DNA from: Acidobacteriota bacterium
GTDB taxonomy: Bacteria; Acidobacteriota; UBA890; WLXD01
Direction of reading: 5' to 3'
Length of the DNA stretch: 64,000 nucleotides
Assembly: GCA_963666055.2 (NCBI GenBank)
Contig: CAXWPH010000007.1
Span: forward strand, 160,001-224,000
In this document: positions 1-11,054 of the stretch, piece after piece
Layout: every line of letters begins with the position of its first letter
How positions within the stretch are numbered: position 1 is the first letter of the stretch
Position numbers and translations under genes: made by a program
Notes under the pieces: generated by a model
Told to the model about the DNA's origin: nothing
Seen by the model: the letters and a program-made list of their open reading frames with translations, nothing else
The model's database searches: none

Positions 1-2
1 GG

Positions 3-512
3 CCAGGCGGGGCGCGGCCTGAGCGACCCACCACCTACATCGAGGAGGAGGGCGTTGCCTGGCGCGACAAGGCCGGCGCGATCCACGAGGGCTGGTACTC
101 GCTGCGGCGCCACGTCGCCGTGGAAGAGTTCGGTCACTCGATTCACCGCAGCGGCCTGCCGTTCATCGATCCGCAGCATGATGTCGTTGCAGAGATCAAC
201 GCTGCGTACATCAACGCTCTGCGAGAAGGGCTCTACTCGCCGCCTCAGTATCTCGATGGGCCTGGGCTCACTGACCCGTCGATGGCAGATCAGCTGGAGA
301 GCGAGATCGAGGCGCTGCGCGACGGGGAGTACTTCGCCGTCGGACTCGACTGCTTCTACGGCGTCGTGCACGAAAATGAGGAGTACACGCTCAAGACGCG
401 CGATGAGATGCGGCTACGCGACCCGATGCTCTACGAGATCATCAGCCGTTACTTCCCGACCGAAGAATGGTCGCCGATGGATTATGCGCCCGAGATCTAC
501 GAGGAGCGCTGA
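3..512 (+). CDS. Zincin-like (anthrax LF/PPEP-type) domain protein with EExxH motif; 5'-partial
   Basis: Frame is open from base 3: PTTYIEEE...AVEEFGHSIH...GEYFAVG...RDPMLYEII. Confidence 0.7.
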   Translation, partial: PGGARPERPTTYIEEEGVAWRDKAGAIHEGWYSLRRHVAVEEFGHSIHRSGLPFIDPQHDVVAEINAAYINALREGLYSPPQYLDGPGLTDPSMADQLESEIEALRDGEYFAVGLDCFYGVVHENEEYTLKTRDEMRLRDPMLYEIISRYFPTEEWSPMDYAPEIYEER

Positions 513-527
513 ATCGTGACGGGGTGG

Positions 528-1547
528 TCAGGGAGTCGCCTCGGACCCGTCACCTTCGAACGCCGCCATGTCGATCTCCGACCAGGGCGGCAGCGACTCG
601 AGGTCGACGTTGCCGCCGCTCAGGATCAATCCAACTCGACGTCCCCCGGGCTCGATACGGCGCTCCAGGAGTGCCGCGACCGGTACCGCGGCGCTCGGCT
701 CGATGACGATCTTCATGGTCTCCCACACCAGGCGCATGGCGGCGAGAATGCCAGCCTCCGAGACCGTGACGATGTCTGTAACGTGCTCAGCGATGATCGC
801 GAAGTTGCGCTCACCGAGGGAGGTACGCAGCCCGTCGGCACGAGTGCGCGGATCGGTCTGCGGCACGATCGCCCCCAGGCGCAACGACTGCAGGGCATCG
901 TCGGCGCACTCCGGCTCGCAGCCGATGACCGCGACGGACGGATGGCGCGTCGCCGCCGCGATACACGTGCCGCCGAGCAGCCCCCCGCCCCCGACGGGGG
1001 CGAGTGCGAGGTCGAGATCAGGTACGTCCGCGAGCAGCTCGACCGCACAGGTGCCCTGCCCGGCGATGGTCCGCGGGTCGTCGTACGGGCGCACGGAGCT
1101 GGCCCCGAGACGCTCCTGGATTTGGGCAGCGGCAGCGTCGAACTCCTCGGCGGTGGGAATGTCGCCCTTACCTTCCACCCAGACGATGTTGCCGCCGTAG
1201 CGCTGCACGGCGGCCACCTTGGAGCGCACCGCCACCTTCGGCATGGCGATGTGGGCCTGCATGCCACGCGTTTGCGCCGCCAGCGACACCGCCGCCGCGT
1301 GGTTGCCCGAGGAGCTCGTAACGATGCCGCGCGCCGCCTCCTCGTCAGTCAGGGACATGACGGCGTTGAAGGCGCCGCGAATCTTGAACGCACCGGTCTT
1401 CTGGAAGTTCTCGCATTTGAAGAAGCAGCTGGCGCCGAAACGCCGATCCAGCGTCGAGCTCGTCATCACTGGCGTACGGTGGATGTACGGCGCGATGCGC
1501 GCATGGGCCTCCTCGATCTCCTTTCGACCTACCGATGCTTGGCTCAC
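528..1547 (-). CDS. PLP-dependent serine/threonine dehydratase (serine racemase-like)
   Basis: FKCENFQKTGAFKIRGA, SSGNHA, PVGGGGL, SGGNVD motifs. Confidence 0.92.
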   Translation of the reverse strand: MSQASVGRKEIEEAHARIAPYIHRTPVMTSSTLDRRFGASCFFKCENFQKTGAFKIRGAFNAVMSLTDEEAARGIVTSSSGNHAAAVSLAAQTRGMQAHIAMPKVAVRSKVAAVQRYGGNIVWVEGKGDIPTAEEFDAAAAQIQERLGASSVRPYDDPRTIAGQGTCAVELLADVPDLDLALAPVGGGGLLGGTCIAAATRHPSVAVIGCEPECADDALQSLRLGAIVPQTDPRTRADGLRTSLGERNFAIIAEHVTDIVTVSEAGILAAMRLVWETMKIVIEPSAAVPVAALLERRIEPGGRRVGLILSGGNVDLESLPPWSEIDMAAFEGDGSEATP

Positions 1548-1600
1548 CGACCCCTGCCTTCTGCGACCCTTTGACCGTTCACCGGTCCTGGGAGGATTTG

Positions 1601-2521
1601 ATGCGGACGCTAACCATACCTGTCCTGCTCGCGCTTCTCGCTGCCTGCGGCGGCATGCCGACCGATGATTCGACGCCGGTCGCCGAGGAGGCCCCGGCCG
1701 ACGACACTGTCGGCGGGCTCCTTGGCGGCTGTATCCTCATCGCGCCGCTCGGAGCGGTGCCAGATGATCTGTATACCCGCACCGACATCACCGCCAGCGA
1801 TACCTACCCGCCGTTCACCAAGGAGCTCACCGTCTACGGGCTCACCCTTATCGGCGATGCGAGCGTCTCCGATCCGTTCATGCAGCTGGTCGCGGATGCC
1901 GTCACCGAGAGCTTCCCAGCCGACCAGAGCCTCGATCTGGCGGCCCAGCAGCGTGTGATGCGTAGCATGTACGAGCACAAGGCGCTCATCCCGTTTTTCG
2001 TGGGACAGCCGCAGCGAAACGACGAGTTCGACCGCCACTTCGACGCCGTGCGGAATCAGAACAGCGTTTGCGACATCATCATGCAGGTCGACGACGGACA
2101 GGTCATGGAGGTCGTCGAGCACATCCTCCACTACGTCAGCGATGTCGGGCTGCACTTCGCCTTCCCGGCGGAATGGGGCATCTCCCCTGACTCCGAGTTG
2201 GCTGAGGCGATGGATCGCGCCGTCGAGGCCGGCTACTACGACATTGGCTCGTACGACGACATCGACGAAGACGAGGTGCGGTTCAGGGTCGCCATACAGG
2301 AGTTCGCCTACTGGGTAATCTCGACTGCCTGGAACCTGCAGGCGGACTACGGTCCGCAGGGCGGTGGCGAGTGGACAATCATCGACGCCACCGACCTGCA
2401 GGCCAAGATGCCCGAGCTATACGCCATGGTCGAGCGCACCGTGGGTCGCACCATGGTCGCCCCGAGCCTGGAGACACTGCGAGCCATCGGACCCACCAGA
2501 GCAGAGGAGGCACAAGACTGA
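1601..2521 (+). CDS. Lipoprotein with divergent zincin-like domain (EHxxH)
   Basis: GGAGG RBS before ATG 1601; LLAAC lipobox; VVEHILH...QEFAYW. Confidence 0.7.
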   Translation: MRTLTIPVLLALLAACGGMPTDDSTPVAEEAPADDTVGGLLGGCILIAPLGAVPDDLYTRTDITASDTYPPFTKELTVYGLTLIGDASVSDPFMQLVADAVTESFPADQSLDLAAQQRVMRSMYEHKALIPFFVGQPQRNDEFDRHFDAVRNQNSVCDIIMQVDDGQVMEVVEHILHYVSDVGLHFAFPAEWGISPDSELAEAMDRAVEAGYYDIGSYDDIDEDEVRFRVAIQEFAYWVISTAWNLQADYGPQGGGEWTIIDATDLQAKMPELYAMVERTVGRTMVAPSLETLRAIGPTRAEEAQD

Positions 2522-3330
2522 TGAGTGGTCGAGCCGGCCAGCTCGCGCTCGCCATCGCTGTGATCGCCTGCAGCAGTGCCGTCCAGACCGACGACCCCGA
2601 GGATCGGTCGACGACGGACGCCGCTGGTAGCGACCTCGGCTTGGCGCGCGACTTCCGGATTGTCCTGTCGCAAGACGCCGGCGACGGCAGCGCCCTGTTC
2701 GGGCTCGATCTCGAGAACGGAGCGGCCGAGCAGCTCATCGAGCCGATGGGATACGCTGGCTACGCGGTATGGGCACCGGACGGCGCTCGCGTGGTGTTTC
2801 TGGGCGGGGGAGCCGACGGCGTCGCCCTCAGGGCCCTGGATGCCGAATCGGGGAAGGTCACGGAGCTCATCGCCGGAATTGGCGACCCGGTGGACTTCTC
2901 GCCCGACGGCTCGACCATGCTTCTCACCCTCGATCTGGAAGAGGGCGGCGGCGCAATCACCTTCGAGTCGGGACGCGACGGCAACCCGGAGATCTACCGT
3001 CACGATCTGGAGACCGGCGCCACCGAGCGCCTGACTGACAACTCGGGGCTCGATGAGTGGCCGTCGTTCTCACCCAGCGGCACCCAGATCGCCTGGGCGT
3101 CGGGTGGAGAGGAACGAAAGCACCTCTGGGTCATGCAGGCCGACGGTAGCGACAAGCGACAACTCACCGACAGCCTGATGTTCGGCGACGCGTACCCGGA
3201 GTGGTCTCCCGACGGCCAGCAGATCCTGCTCACGGTGAACACGGACGATGGGCCGGCGCTCTATCTGATCGACCTGGCAACGAGGGCAGCGACCCCGGTC
3301 GGCCCCGGTGCAGCGCCGACGTGGCGATGA
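2521..3330 (+). CDS. TolB-like PD40 beta-propeller lipoprotein
   Basis: TGATG coupling to the upstream gene; AVIAC lipobox; repeated WAPDG/FSPDG/WSPDG. Confidence 0.85.
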   Translation: MSGRAGQLALAIAVIACSSAVQTDDPEDRSTTDAAGSDLGLARDFRIVLSQDAGDGSALFGLDLENGAAEQLIEPMGYAGYAVWAPDGARVVFLGGGADGVALRALDAESGKVTELIAGIGDPVDFSPDGSTMLLTLDLEEGGGAITFESGRDGNPEIYRHDLETGATERLTDNSGLDEWPSFSPSGTQIAWASGGEERKHLWVMQADGSDKRQLTDSLMFGDAYPEWSPDGQQILLTVNTDDGPALYLIDLATRAATPVGPGAAPTWR

Positions 3331-3353
3331 GCCGATCCGGCGCCGGAGGGTCC

Positions 3354-4898
3354 ATGAGCACGGTGGTTCGAGCCAGCCTCGGCGTCGTGCTCCTGGGGGT
3401 CGCCGCACTTCCGGCCATGTCGGCCCAGGAACCCGTCCACTGGGACGTCGTCGACGCGATCATGCAGGAGGCCTTCGAGCACTCCGATCTCATGGAGAAT
3501 GCCAGCTGGCTCACGGATGTGTTCGGGCCACGCAATGCCAAGTCGCCGTCGTACATCTCAGCAGCCGAGTGGGCGCGCGACCGCCTCATCCAGTACGGCC
3601 TGCCGAACGCCGCCTTGGAACCGTACGAGTTCGGTAGCGGCTACGTGAACGAGTACATCTCGGTGCACATGATGACGCCGCAATACATGCCGATCATCGC
3701 CTATCCGGCAACCTGGTCGGCCGGCACCGATGGCCGAGTAGTCGGCACTGCGGTTTACCTGGACTTCGGCTCGATCGAGTCGGAAGCCGACCTAGAGCGC
3801 TACCGTGGAAAGCTGCACGACGCCATCGTGCTTACGCATCCGGCGCAACAGCTCCCGACGCAGTTCACGCCCCGCTCGACCATCTTCACCGACGCGCAGC
3901 TCGACGAGATGGCACGCATCCCGATCGGCCCGACACCCGAGCGGCGCAACCGGAGACGCGATTCAGGCCGGCTCGGCCGGCGGCAGATCATCGACTTCGT
4001 TGTCAGCGAGGGCGCCCTTGCCATCGTCCGTACCGACGGCCGAGGCGATTACGGCACCGTGACCGTCTCCAACACTGGCTACACGCTCGAAACACGGCCA
4101 TGGGAGCCCGATGCGCCGCCCCCGCACACGGAGCTATTCATGGCCGCCGAGCACTACAACCGCATCCTCCGCATCCTCGAAAAAGGCATCGCCGTCGAGG
4201 TCGAGCTGGATCTCCGCGTGCGCTTCACCGACGAGGACACCCTCGACTACAACGTTGTCGCCGAGATTCCAGGCACGGATCTGGCCGACGAGCTTGTGCT
4301 GCTGGGCGGCCACCTGCAAGCGAATCCGGCGGGCACAGGCGCGACCGATGACGCCGCCGGGGTCGTGGTGTCGATGGAGGTCATGCGCATCTTCCAGGAA
4401 CTGGGGATCCAGCCGCGACGCACCGTGCGCGTCGGCCTCTGGGGCGGCCACGAGATGGGTGTCTTCGGAAACCGCGCCCACGTCGCCGCCAACTTCGCCG
4501 ACGTCAAGACACGCCAGTACAAAGCCGACTACGACAATCTCTCGGCCTACTTCAACGTCGATCACGGTAGCGGCAGAATCCGCGGCGTCTCGATCATGGG
4601 CAATGAGGTCATCCGATCGATCTTCAGCCAGTGGATGAAACCACTGGGCGGCCTCGGCATGTCCCACCTGTTCACCACCGGCATGCAGCACGAGGCCTAC
4701 GAAGAGGTCGGCCTGCCGGGCTACTACTTCGTTCAGGACGACCTCGACGGCGATGCCCACACGCACTCCAACATGGACGTCTACGACCGGCTGGTGGAAG
4801 AGCACCTGATGGCCAACACCGTGATCCTGGCTACCTTCGTGTACCACGCCGCCATGCGCGACGAGAAGCTGCCGCGTGTCGCGCCAAGACCCTGGTAA
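3354..4898 (+). CDS. M28-family peptidase homologue (PA domain) with altered metal-site motifs
   Basis: Signal peptide; NVVAEIPG, GGHLQ, GATDDAAG, WGGHEMG, HSNMDVYD. Confidence 0.85.
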   Translation: MSTVVRASLGVVLLGVAALPAMSAQEPVHWDVVDAIMQEAFEHSDLMENASWLTDVFGPRNAKSPSYISAAEWARDRLIQYGLPNAALEPYEFGSGYVNEYISVHMMTPQYMPIIAYPATWSAGTDGRVVGTAVYLDFGSIESEADLERYRGKLHDAIVLTHPAQQLPTQFTPRSTIFTDAQLDEMARIPIGPTPERRNRRRDSGRLGRRQIIDFVVSEGALAIVRTDGRGDYGTVTVSNTGYTLETRPWEPDAPPPHTELFMAAEHYNRILRILEKGIAVEVELDLRVRFTDEDTLDYNVVAEIPGTDLADELVLLGGHLQANPAGTGATDDAAGVVVSMEVMRIFQELGIQPRRTVRVGLWGGHEMGVFGNRAHVAANFADVKTRQYKADYDNLSAYFNVDHGSGRIRGVSIMGNEVIRSIFSQWMKPLGGLGMSHLFTTGMQHEAYEEVGLPGYYFVQDDLDGDAHTHSNMDVYDRLVEEHLMANTVILATFVYHAAMRDEKLPRVAPRPW

Positions 4899-4967
4899 CG
4901 TCGTCGAGTTGCTCAGCCCCCTGGCAATCGTCCCTCCGGCCCACCCTGGAACAAGCGAGCCCACGCC

Positions 4968-6398
4968 ATGAAGCTACGCACAATCCTGGTCCTACTCGCC
5001 ATCTCGCTGCCGACTTTCTCGCAAGCGCAGATCGCCAACCAGACCGCTAAGTCACGGGCGGAGATCCTGCACCTGATCCGGCGCGAGAAGCTCGACCTCA
5101 TCCTCCCCGGAGCGATGCGCGACAACAACGTCGACATGTGGATCCACGTCGTGCGCGCCGGCAACCCCGACCCCATGTCGGTGCACTTCGGATCGGCCAG
5201 CGGCTACCTGATCTTCACCGACCGCGGCGGCAGCCGCATCGAGCGCGCCGTTCTCGGCGGCGGCGGGCACCCGGAGCTGTTCGACATCTTCGGCTCAGAC
5301 GAGCTTGCCCGCGCCGTAGAAGGGTACGACTTCGGCAACCAGGACCCCGCCGTGTACGACGAGCTGCGCGAGTTCGTGGCCGAGCGCGACCCGCAGACGA
5401 TCGCCGTCAACACCTCGGACTGGCTGGCGATCGCCGATGGGATCTCGCACTCCGACTATGTCAAGCTCGAGCGCATTCTCGGCCCGGAGTACTCGTCGCG
5501 AATCGTTTCGGCGGAGAACGTGATCACGGATTTCCGAGCGCGGCGCGTACAGCGTGAACTCGTCGCGTTTGCCAACGCGCTCGAGGCGCATCGAGAGATC
5601 CTCGAGCGGGCGCTCTCACGCGAGGTCATCACGCCGGGACAAACCACCCTGGGAGAGATCGGCTGGTGGGTGCGCGAGGAGATGTTCCGCCGCGGCCTCA
5701 ACCACGGCACCTCAACCGGGGTGAGCATCCCGAGGATCCTCTACTCGGCCAAGTCCGAGCCCATCGACCCGCCGGACGTGCGCTGGTGGATCCACCACAA
5801 CGACTACGTCATCCAGCGCGGCGACTTCCTCACCTACGACATCGGGGTGCGCTATCTCGACTACTTCGTCACCGACTACAAGCGCAACGCCTACGTGCTG
5901 CAGGAGGGCGAGACAGGCGTTCCCGACAGCATCCAGCACGCCTTCGATCAGGCGATCCGCGCTCGCGAGCTCATCCGGGCCAATATCCGCATCGGCAGGA
6001 CGGCGGGTCAGACGCTCGAAGCCATCGTTCAGGCGCTCGAGGAAGTGGGGTACATCTATACCCCCTTCATCGACATCGGCACGGAAGACTACAAGCTGGT
6101 CCAGCGGATGCTGGCAGACACCGACCAGTCGGGCTTCTCCATCGACCTCCACAGCCAGGGCAACAACGGCGGCAGCCTGGTGACCGTCGGCCCCTCGGTA
6201 GCACCGTTCCGCTCGGATCGCGACCACCTGACGATCCAGGAAAACCACATCTTCTCGTTCGAGTACATGGTGCACACCAACCTGCCCGAGCGTCCCGGCT
6301 TCCCGGTGTCGCTCAACATCGAGGGCAATCACGTGGTCACCCACCGCGGCGTCGAGTACCTGTACCCGCCGAACGAGCGCATTCTGCTGATTCACTGA
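4968..6398 (+). CDS. Exported M24-family (Xaa-Pro aminopeptidase-like) metallopeptidase
   Basis: Signal peptide; D-D-H-E-E ligands in TYDIG..TDYKR, LHSQG, SFEY, NIEGN. Confidence 0.85.
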   Translation: MKLRTILVLLAISLPTFSQAQIANQTAKSRAEILHLIRREKLDLILPGAMRDNNVDMWIHVVRAGNPDPMSVHFGSASGYLIFTDRGGSRIERAVLGGGGHPELFDIFGSDELARAVEGYDFGNQDPAVYDELREFVAERDPQTIAVNTSDWLAIADGISHSDYVKLERILGPEYSSRIVSAENVITDFRARRVQRELVAFANALEAHREILERALSREVITPGQTTLGEIGWWVREEMFRRGLNHGTSTGVSIPRILYSAKSEPIDPPDVRWWIHHNDYVIQRGDFLTYDIGVRYLDYFVTDYKRNAYVLQEGETGVPDSIQHAFDQAIRARELIRANIRIGRTAGQTLEAIVQALEEVGYIYTPFIDIGTEDYKLVQRMLADTDQSGFSIDLHSQGNNGGSLVTVGPSVAPFRSDRDHLTIQENHIFSFEYMVHTNLPERPGFPVSLNIEGNHVVTHRGVEYLYPPNERILLIH

Positions 6399-6411
6399 CA
6401 GGAGAGAGGCG

Positions 6412-7665
6412 ATGAGATTCCCGCCGAGGCTGTTGCTGATGGTCGTGGTTCTGGCGTGCGCACCCGCGCCGGTCAGCCCCCAGTCCGCCCTCACGCTTCC
6501 GGACATCGACACTTCGGGCTCGCCGAACGGCATCGTCGAGCTGCCTGCCGATGTCCCGGCTGTCTTCCGTGAGGTCTTCGTCAAATACACCAAGCTCATC
6601 GCGCCCAACGGCAAGCCGATCCACTTCCTGGCGCAGGACGGCTGGAGCGATGACCGCATTCTCAAGGCGCGCAACGTGATGCAGCATGTGCTCACCGACG
6701 TGCCGGGCTCCCGTTACGGCGCCGACAAGAGCGTCGTGGCCAACTCGATGTCGGATCGCAAGGCGACGATGGTGCTGTTCAACACCGAGCCCGAGCTGCG
6801 CACCGCCTTCGCGAACACCGACCTGCGCAGCGCCGACCTCAGCATGCAGGACCTGCGCGCCAACGAGTGCCCGGTCGCGGGCGACGAGGACTACATGGCG
6901 CACCGCACCCGCGACGCCTCGTTCGAGGAGATCATCCACCTGGTACACGACTACGGCATCAAGCCCGCCCTGCCGCAGATGCAGGATGCCCTGCGCGAGA
7001 TCGACGCCGAGGCCACGGCGCGCGGAATCTGGCGCGGCTGGCCCGACGACGAGGTTGAGAACCACCCCAACGAGTACCTCGGCGTGATCAACGACAACTA
7101 CCTCGATCTGTGGACTGTATTGCCAACGGTGTATGAGGGACGGCCGATCGAGGACGACAGCATGCCCGCCGGACACACGCACTTCGGACGCTACGGCGCC
7201 CGCGGCCGCGAGGGGATGCGGGCCACCGATCCGAAGGGCCTGGCCATCGTGCAGGAGTTCTTCCCGCCGTTCCTGACCTACAACCCACACCTGCCGATCG
7301 ACTTCGAGGGCACCTTCTCGCTGACCGTGGACCCAGACCTGCGCTATACCACCAAGTCGCAGCATCTACGAGACGTCACCCTGACCGGCGGCAACGACGC
7401 CAACCTCGTCGGCAACGGCTGGGGTAACGCGCTCACCGGCAACGCCGGCGACAACTCCCTGCGCGGCAACGGCGGCGACGACCTGATCGACGGTGGCGAT
7501 GGCACCGACACGGCAACCTTCGTCGGCAACGCCGCCGACTACGAGATCGTCCACGATAGCGGCGTCACACGGGTGATCGATACACGCATCGGCCGCGACG
7601 GCACCGACGTCTTGCTCGGTATCGAGCGCCTGGAGTTCGCCGACCAGGCCATCGAGCTCAATTGA
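6412..7665 (+). CDS. EExxH zincin-like protein with C-terminal RTX/serralysin-type Ca-binding repeats
   Basis: RDASFEEIIHLVH...NEYLG; GNAGDNSLRGNGGDDLIDGGDGTD. Confidence 0.75.
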   Translation: MRFPPRLLLMVVVLACAPAPVSPQSALTLPDIDTSGSPNGIVELPADVPAVFREVFVKYTKLIAPNGKPIHFLAQDGWSDDRILKARNVMQHVLTDVPGSRYGADKSVVANSMSDRKATMVLFNTEPELRTAFANTDLRSADLSMQDLRANECPVAGDEDYMAHRTRDASFEEIIHLVHDYGIKPALPQMQDALREIDAEATARGIWRGWPDDEVENHPNEYLGVINDNYLDLWTVLPTVYEGRPIEDDSMPAGHTHFGRYGARGREGMRATDPKGLAIVQEFFPPFLTYNPHLPIDFEGTFSLTVDPDLRYTTKSQHLRDVTLTGGNDANLVGNGWGNALTGNAGDNSLRGNGGDDLIDGGDGTDTATFVGNAADYEIVHDSGVTRVIDTRIGRDGTDVLLGIERLEFADQAIELN

Positions 7666-10600
7666 CCGTGACCCGAAAACAGACCGTAAGGCTTCAACGT
7701 TGGGCCGCCGCGATCGGCATGCTGGTGTTGCTGTCGCCCGCCGTTGGGTTCCTGGAGAGTGCTGCCTCGCCGCCCGCACCGTATGCGCGGGGGCGCTCGC
7801 AACATGGCGTCGGTGCCCGGTTGCCTCTGCAACCTACCCGCACCGTCGAGCTGACCACGGACGCCGTCACCTGGATGTCGCTCGACGTCTCCCCCGACGG
7901 TCGGACGATTGCCTTCGCGACCCTCGGCGATCTGTACCTGATGCCGATCTCGGGCGGCCATGCGCAACGCATCAGCTCCGGCATGGCGCTCGACGCACAG
8001 CCACGCTTCTCGCCCGACGGCGGCCGCATCGTGTTCACCAGCGACCGCAGTGGCTCCGAGAACCTGTGGACGCTGGAGGTCGGCAAGACGATCGACGACA
8101 GCACGCTGGAATCGACAGCCTCTGGCCTACGAGCCCTGACCGCCGGCCGCGATGCCTCCTACGCCTCGCCCGAGTGGAGCCCAGATGGCTCCACGGTCGT
8201 CGCCTCGCGCACCGATCGCTTCACCTGGATCGACGTGATGCACACCGTCTGGAGCTATCCGTCAACGGAAGGTCCGGGAACGCAGCTGCTTGTTAACGAC
8301 CAGCCGGTCTACGGCATGGGCGCGGTGTTTGGTCCGGACGGAGCGCTGTACCTGTCGCACCGGACAGAACGCGGCAACCCCTACGGCCACCGGATCGACC
8401 GCTTTGACCTGGCCACCGGCAAGGTCACCCCGATCACCGCCCCCGCCGGCGGAGCGGTGCGTCCGGCGATCTCGCCCGACGGCCGCTGGATGGTCTACGC
8501 CTCCCGCCACGACGGCCAGACGGGCTATCGGCTGCGCGACCTGAACGCGGACACCGAGCGCTGGCTGACCTTTCCGGTGCAACACGACCTACAGGAAAAC
8601 GATTGGATGGGCACGTCATCGGATCACATGCCTGGCTATGCGTTCGTCCCGGACAGCTCAGCCATCATCGCCGCCATCAACGGCAAGCCGCAACGTATCG
8701 ACCTGGCAACCGGCACGCGCTCAGCGATCGAGTTCACCGCCAACATCTCGCTGCCGATCGGACCGCTCATCCACTTCGAGACACCGGTTGCACGTGGACC
8801 GGTCGTGGTGCGCTCTATTCGCTGGCCGGCCCAATCACCCGACGGCTCGAAGCTGGCGTTCACGGCGGTACACAAGCTATGGGTGCAAGATACCGGCAGC
8901 GGCGCGGTGTCGGCCATAGCGTCGATGGACGAGCTGCAGGCGATGCCGGCCTGGAGCCACGATGGCTCGACGCTTGCATTCGTAACCTGGTCGGACTTCG
9001 AGGGCGGCCAGGTGTATCGCGTCGCTGCCGACGGCAGCGATCTGCGGCGCGTCAGCCAGCAAGCCGGCTTCTATACCGACCCCGTGTGGGTGCCCGGAGA
9101 CCAGGAGATCCTCATAACACGCGGATCCTGGCAACAGCGCGGCGCCAACCTCGTATGGGAACGGATACCCGCAGATGGGGGGCCACATACGCTGGTGGGG
9201 CCAGCCAATGGCGACCGCCCACACTTCGCCGATCGCGACGACCGCTTCTACGCGTACGATCCCGACGAGGGGTTGTTCTCGCAGGCACTCGACGGATCCG
9301 GCCGGCAAACGCACCTTACAGTGACCGGATGGCGCGAGCCCCTTGGTCCAGGCGGACCGCGGCCGGCCGACGCGGTTGTCATGGGACCCGACGGTGATGC
9401 AGCGTTGGTATTGGCGGACATGCGACTGTTCCATGTGCCGATTCCGGCGGCCGAGACGCCCGTAACGTTATCCCTTGCCGAGCTACCGGCGAGGTCGAGG
9501 TTGACACACCTCGATGTGCTCGGCGTCGACTTCTTCGAGTGGGGCCCGCGAGGCAACACCGCTATGTGGTCGCTTGGCAACGCCATTTTCGAGCGCACCG
9601 TCGGCACTGCGGACTCGGCACCTGGGGGCTCGGCACCGAGCGAGCGCCGCATCGAGATCGAGCTGCCGCGCGATCGCGTCGAGGGCACACTGGTGCTACG
9701 CGGCGCACGGATCCTGACGATGGATCCGACTGCCGATGAAGATCCGGCGCAGCGGGACGGCATCATCGACGACGGCGCTGTAGTGATCTTCAACGAACGG
9801 ATCGCCCAAGTCGGACGCTCGGTCGACGTGGCGACACCCGATGGTGTCCGCGAGATCGACATCAGCGGGACAACGCTGCTTCCAGGGTTTGTCGATCTGC
9901 ACGCCCACCTGCGCGCCGCTCGCGGCATGCACCGCAATATACGCCGTGCGCCAGGTAGTTTAGGTAGTCCCGTGCGATGGTCGGGCCGCGTACTTTTTCA
10001 ACCGGCCGGGCGATGTACCCCGACGTCCGCATCGGCTCGCTACAGGATGCGCGCAACCTGATGCGACGCTACCGCGACTACTACGGCCACCACACGATCA
10101 AGCAGTATCTGACCGGCGATCGCACGGTGCGTCAGTGGATGGCCATCGCGGCGCGCGAGTTCGGGCTCACGCCGACCACCGAAGGCGTCGACATGAAGAC
10201 AATGATCACCCAGGTCATCGACGGCTATTCACTCGAGCACGTGTTGCCCCATTTCCCGCTGGCACCCGACGTGGTGCAGCTGCTGGCGCAGTCTGGCACC
10301 TACTACGACCCAACGTTAGTGGTCGGCACAGGCCCGCGATCGATCTACTACTGGTGGACACGCACCGACGTGCACGACGACCCCAAAGTACGCCGCTTTA
10401 CTCCGCACGAGGTGATCGACGACCGCACCCGCCGGGTGGAGTGGTTCCACGACAGCGAGTTTTACTGGCCGGAGCATTCCAAGGACGTGGCCGCGGTCGT
10501 CGACGCTGGCGGCAAGGTCACCGCCGGAAGCCACGGGGAGATGCAGGGGATCTCGTTCCACTGGGAGATGTGGAACCTCGGCGCCGGCGGCATGCCACCG

Positions 10601-10867
10601 CTCGAGGTGCTGCGCGCCGCCACGCTGACCGGCGCCGAGGGCATCGGCTTCGGCAACGATCTCGGCTCGATCACCGCCGGCAAGCTCGCCGACATGCTCG
10701 TGCTCGAAGCCGATCCGCTCGACGATCTGCGCAACACCACATCACTGCGCTACGTGATCAAGGGCGGTCGGCTGTACGACGCTGACACACTCGACGAGCA
10801 ATGGCCCAGGGAGCGGCCGCTCGGGCCTCTCTATTGGCACGGTGATCAACCGAGCCGGTCGCAGTAG
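7662..10867 (+). pseudogene. PD40-repeat amidohydrolase, broken near 9940-9975
   Basis: SPDG repeats and PGFVDLHAH in one frame; GPRTFSTG, GSHGEMQG and GKLADM in a second frame. Confidence 0.85.
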
Positions 10868-11054
10868 AGACTGCCGGCGAACGAAACGCTGTGGTCGATG
10901 GGGTCTCCGTCACCGTGGGCCTTGCCGGAGCCTGTCGTGCGGCGTGCCTTTGTTGCTCGGAAGCCGCGACACAACCGCCGCCCAGCGCCAGGAGTACGAC
11001 CGAGATTCGACGCAAACGCCCCCGATCAGTGGCTTGAGAAGTCCGCTTGCTTAC

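Noticed and set aside
516-1574. Long antisense or alternate-frame ORFs (e.g. 516-1574, 11932-13161, 32856-34214, 39477-41039)
   Set aside because: Shadow ORFs of well-supported genes, typical of high-GC DNA; no recognisable motifs.
9940-9971. Shufflon or phase-variable invertible switch
   Set aside because: No flanking inverted repeats or recombinase, and sequence is also missing, so re-inversion alone would not restore the gene.
10868-11015. Possible truncated lipoprotein start (MRRISVVLLALGGGC, minus strand)
   Set aside because: Short, runs into the convergent gene, and has no identifiable domain.
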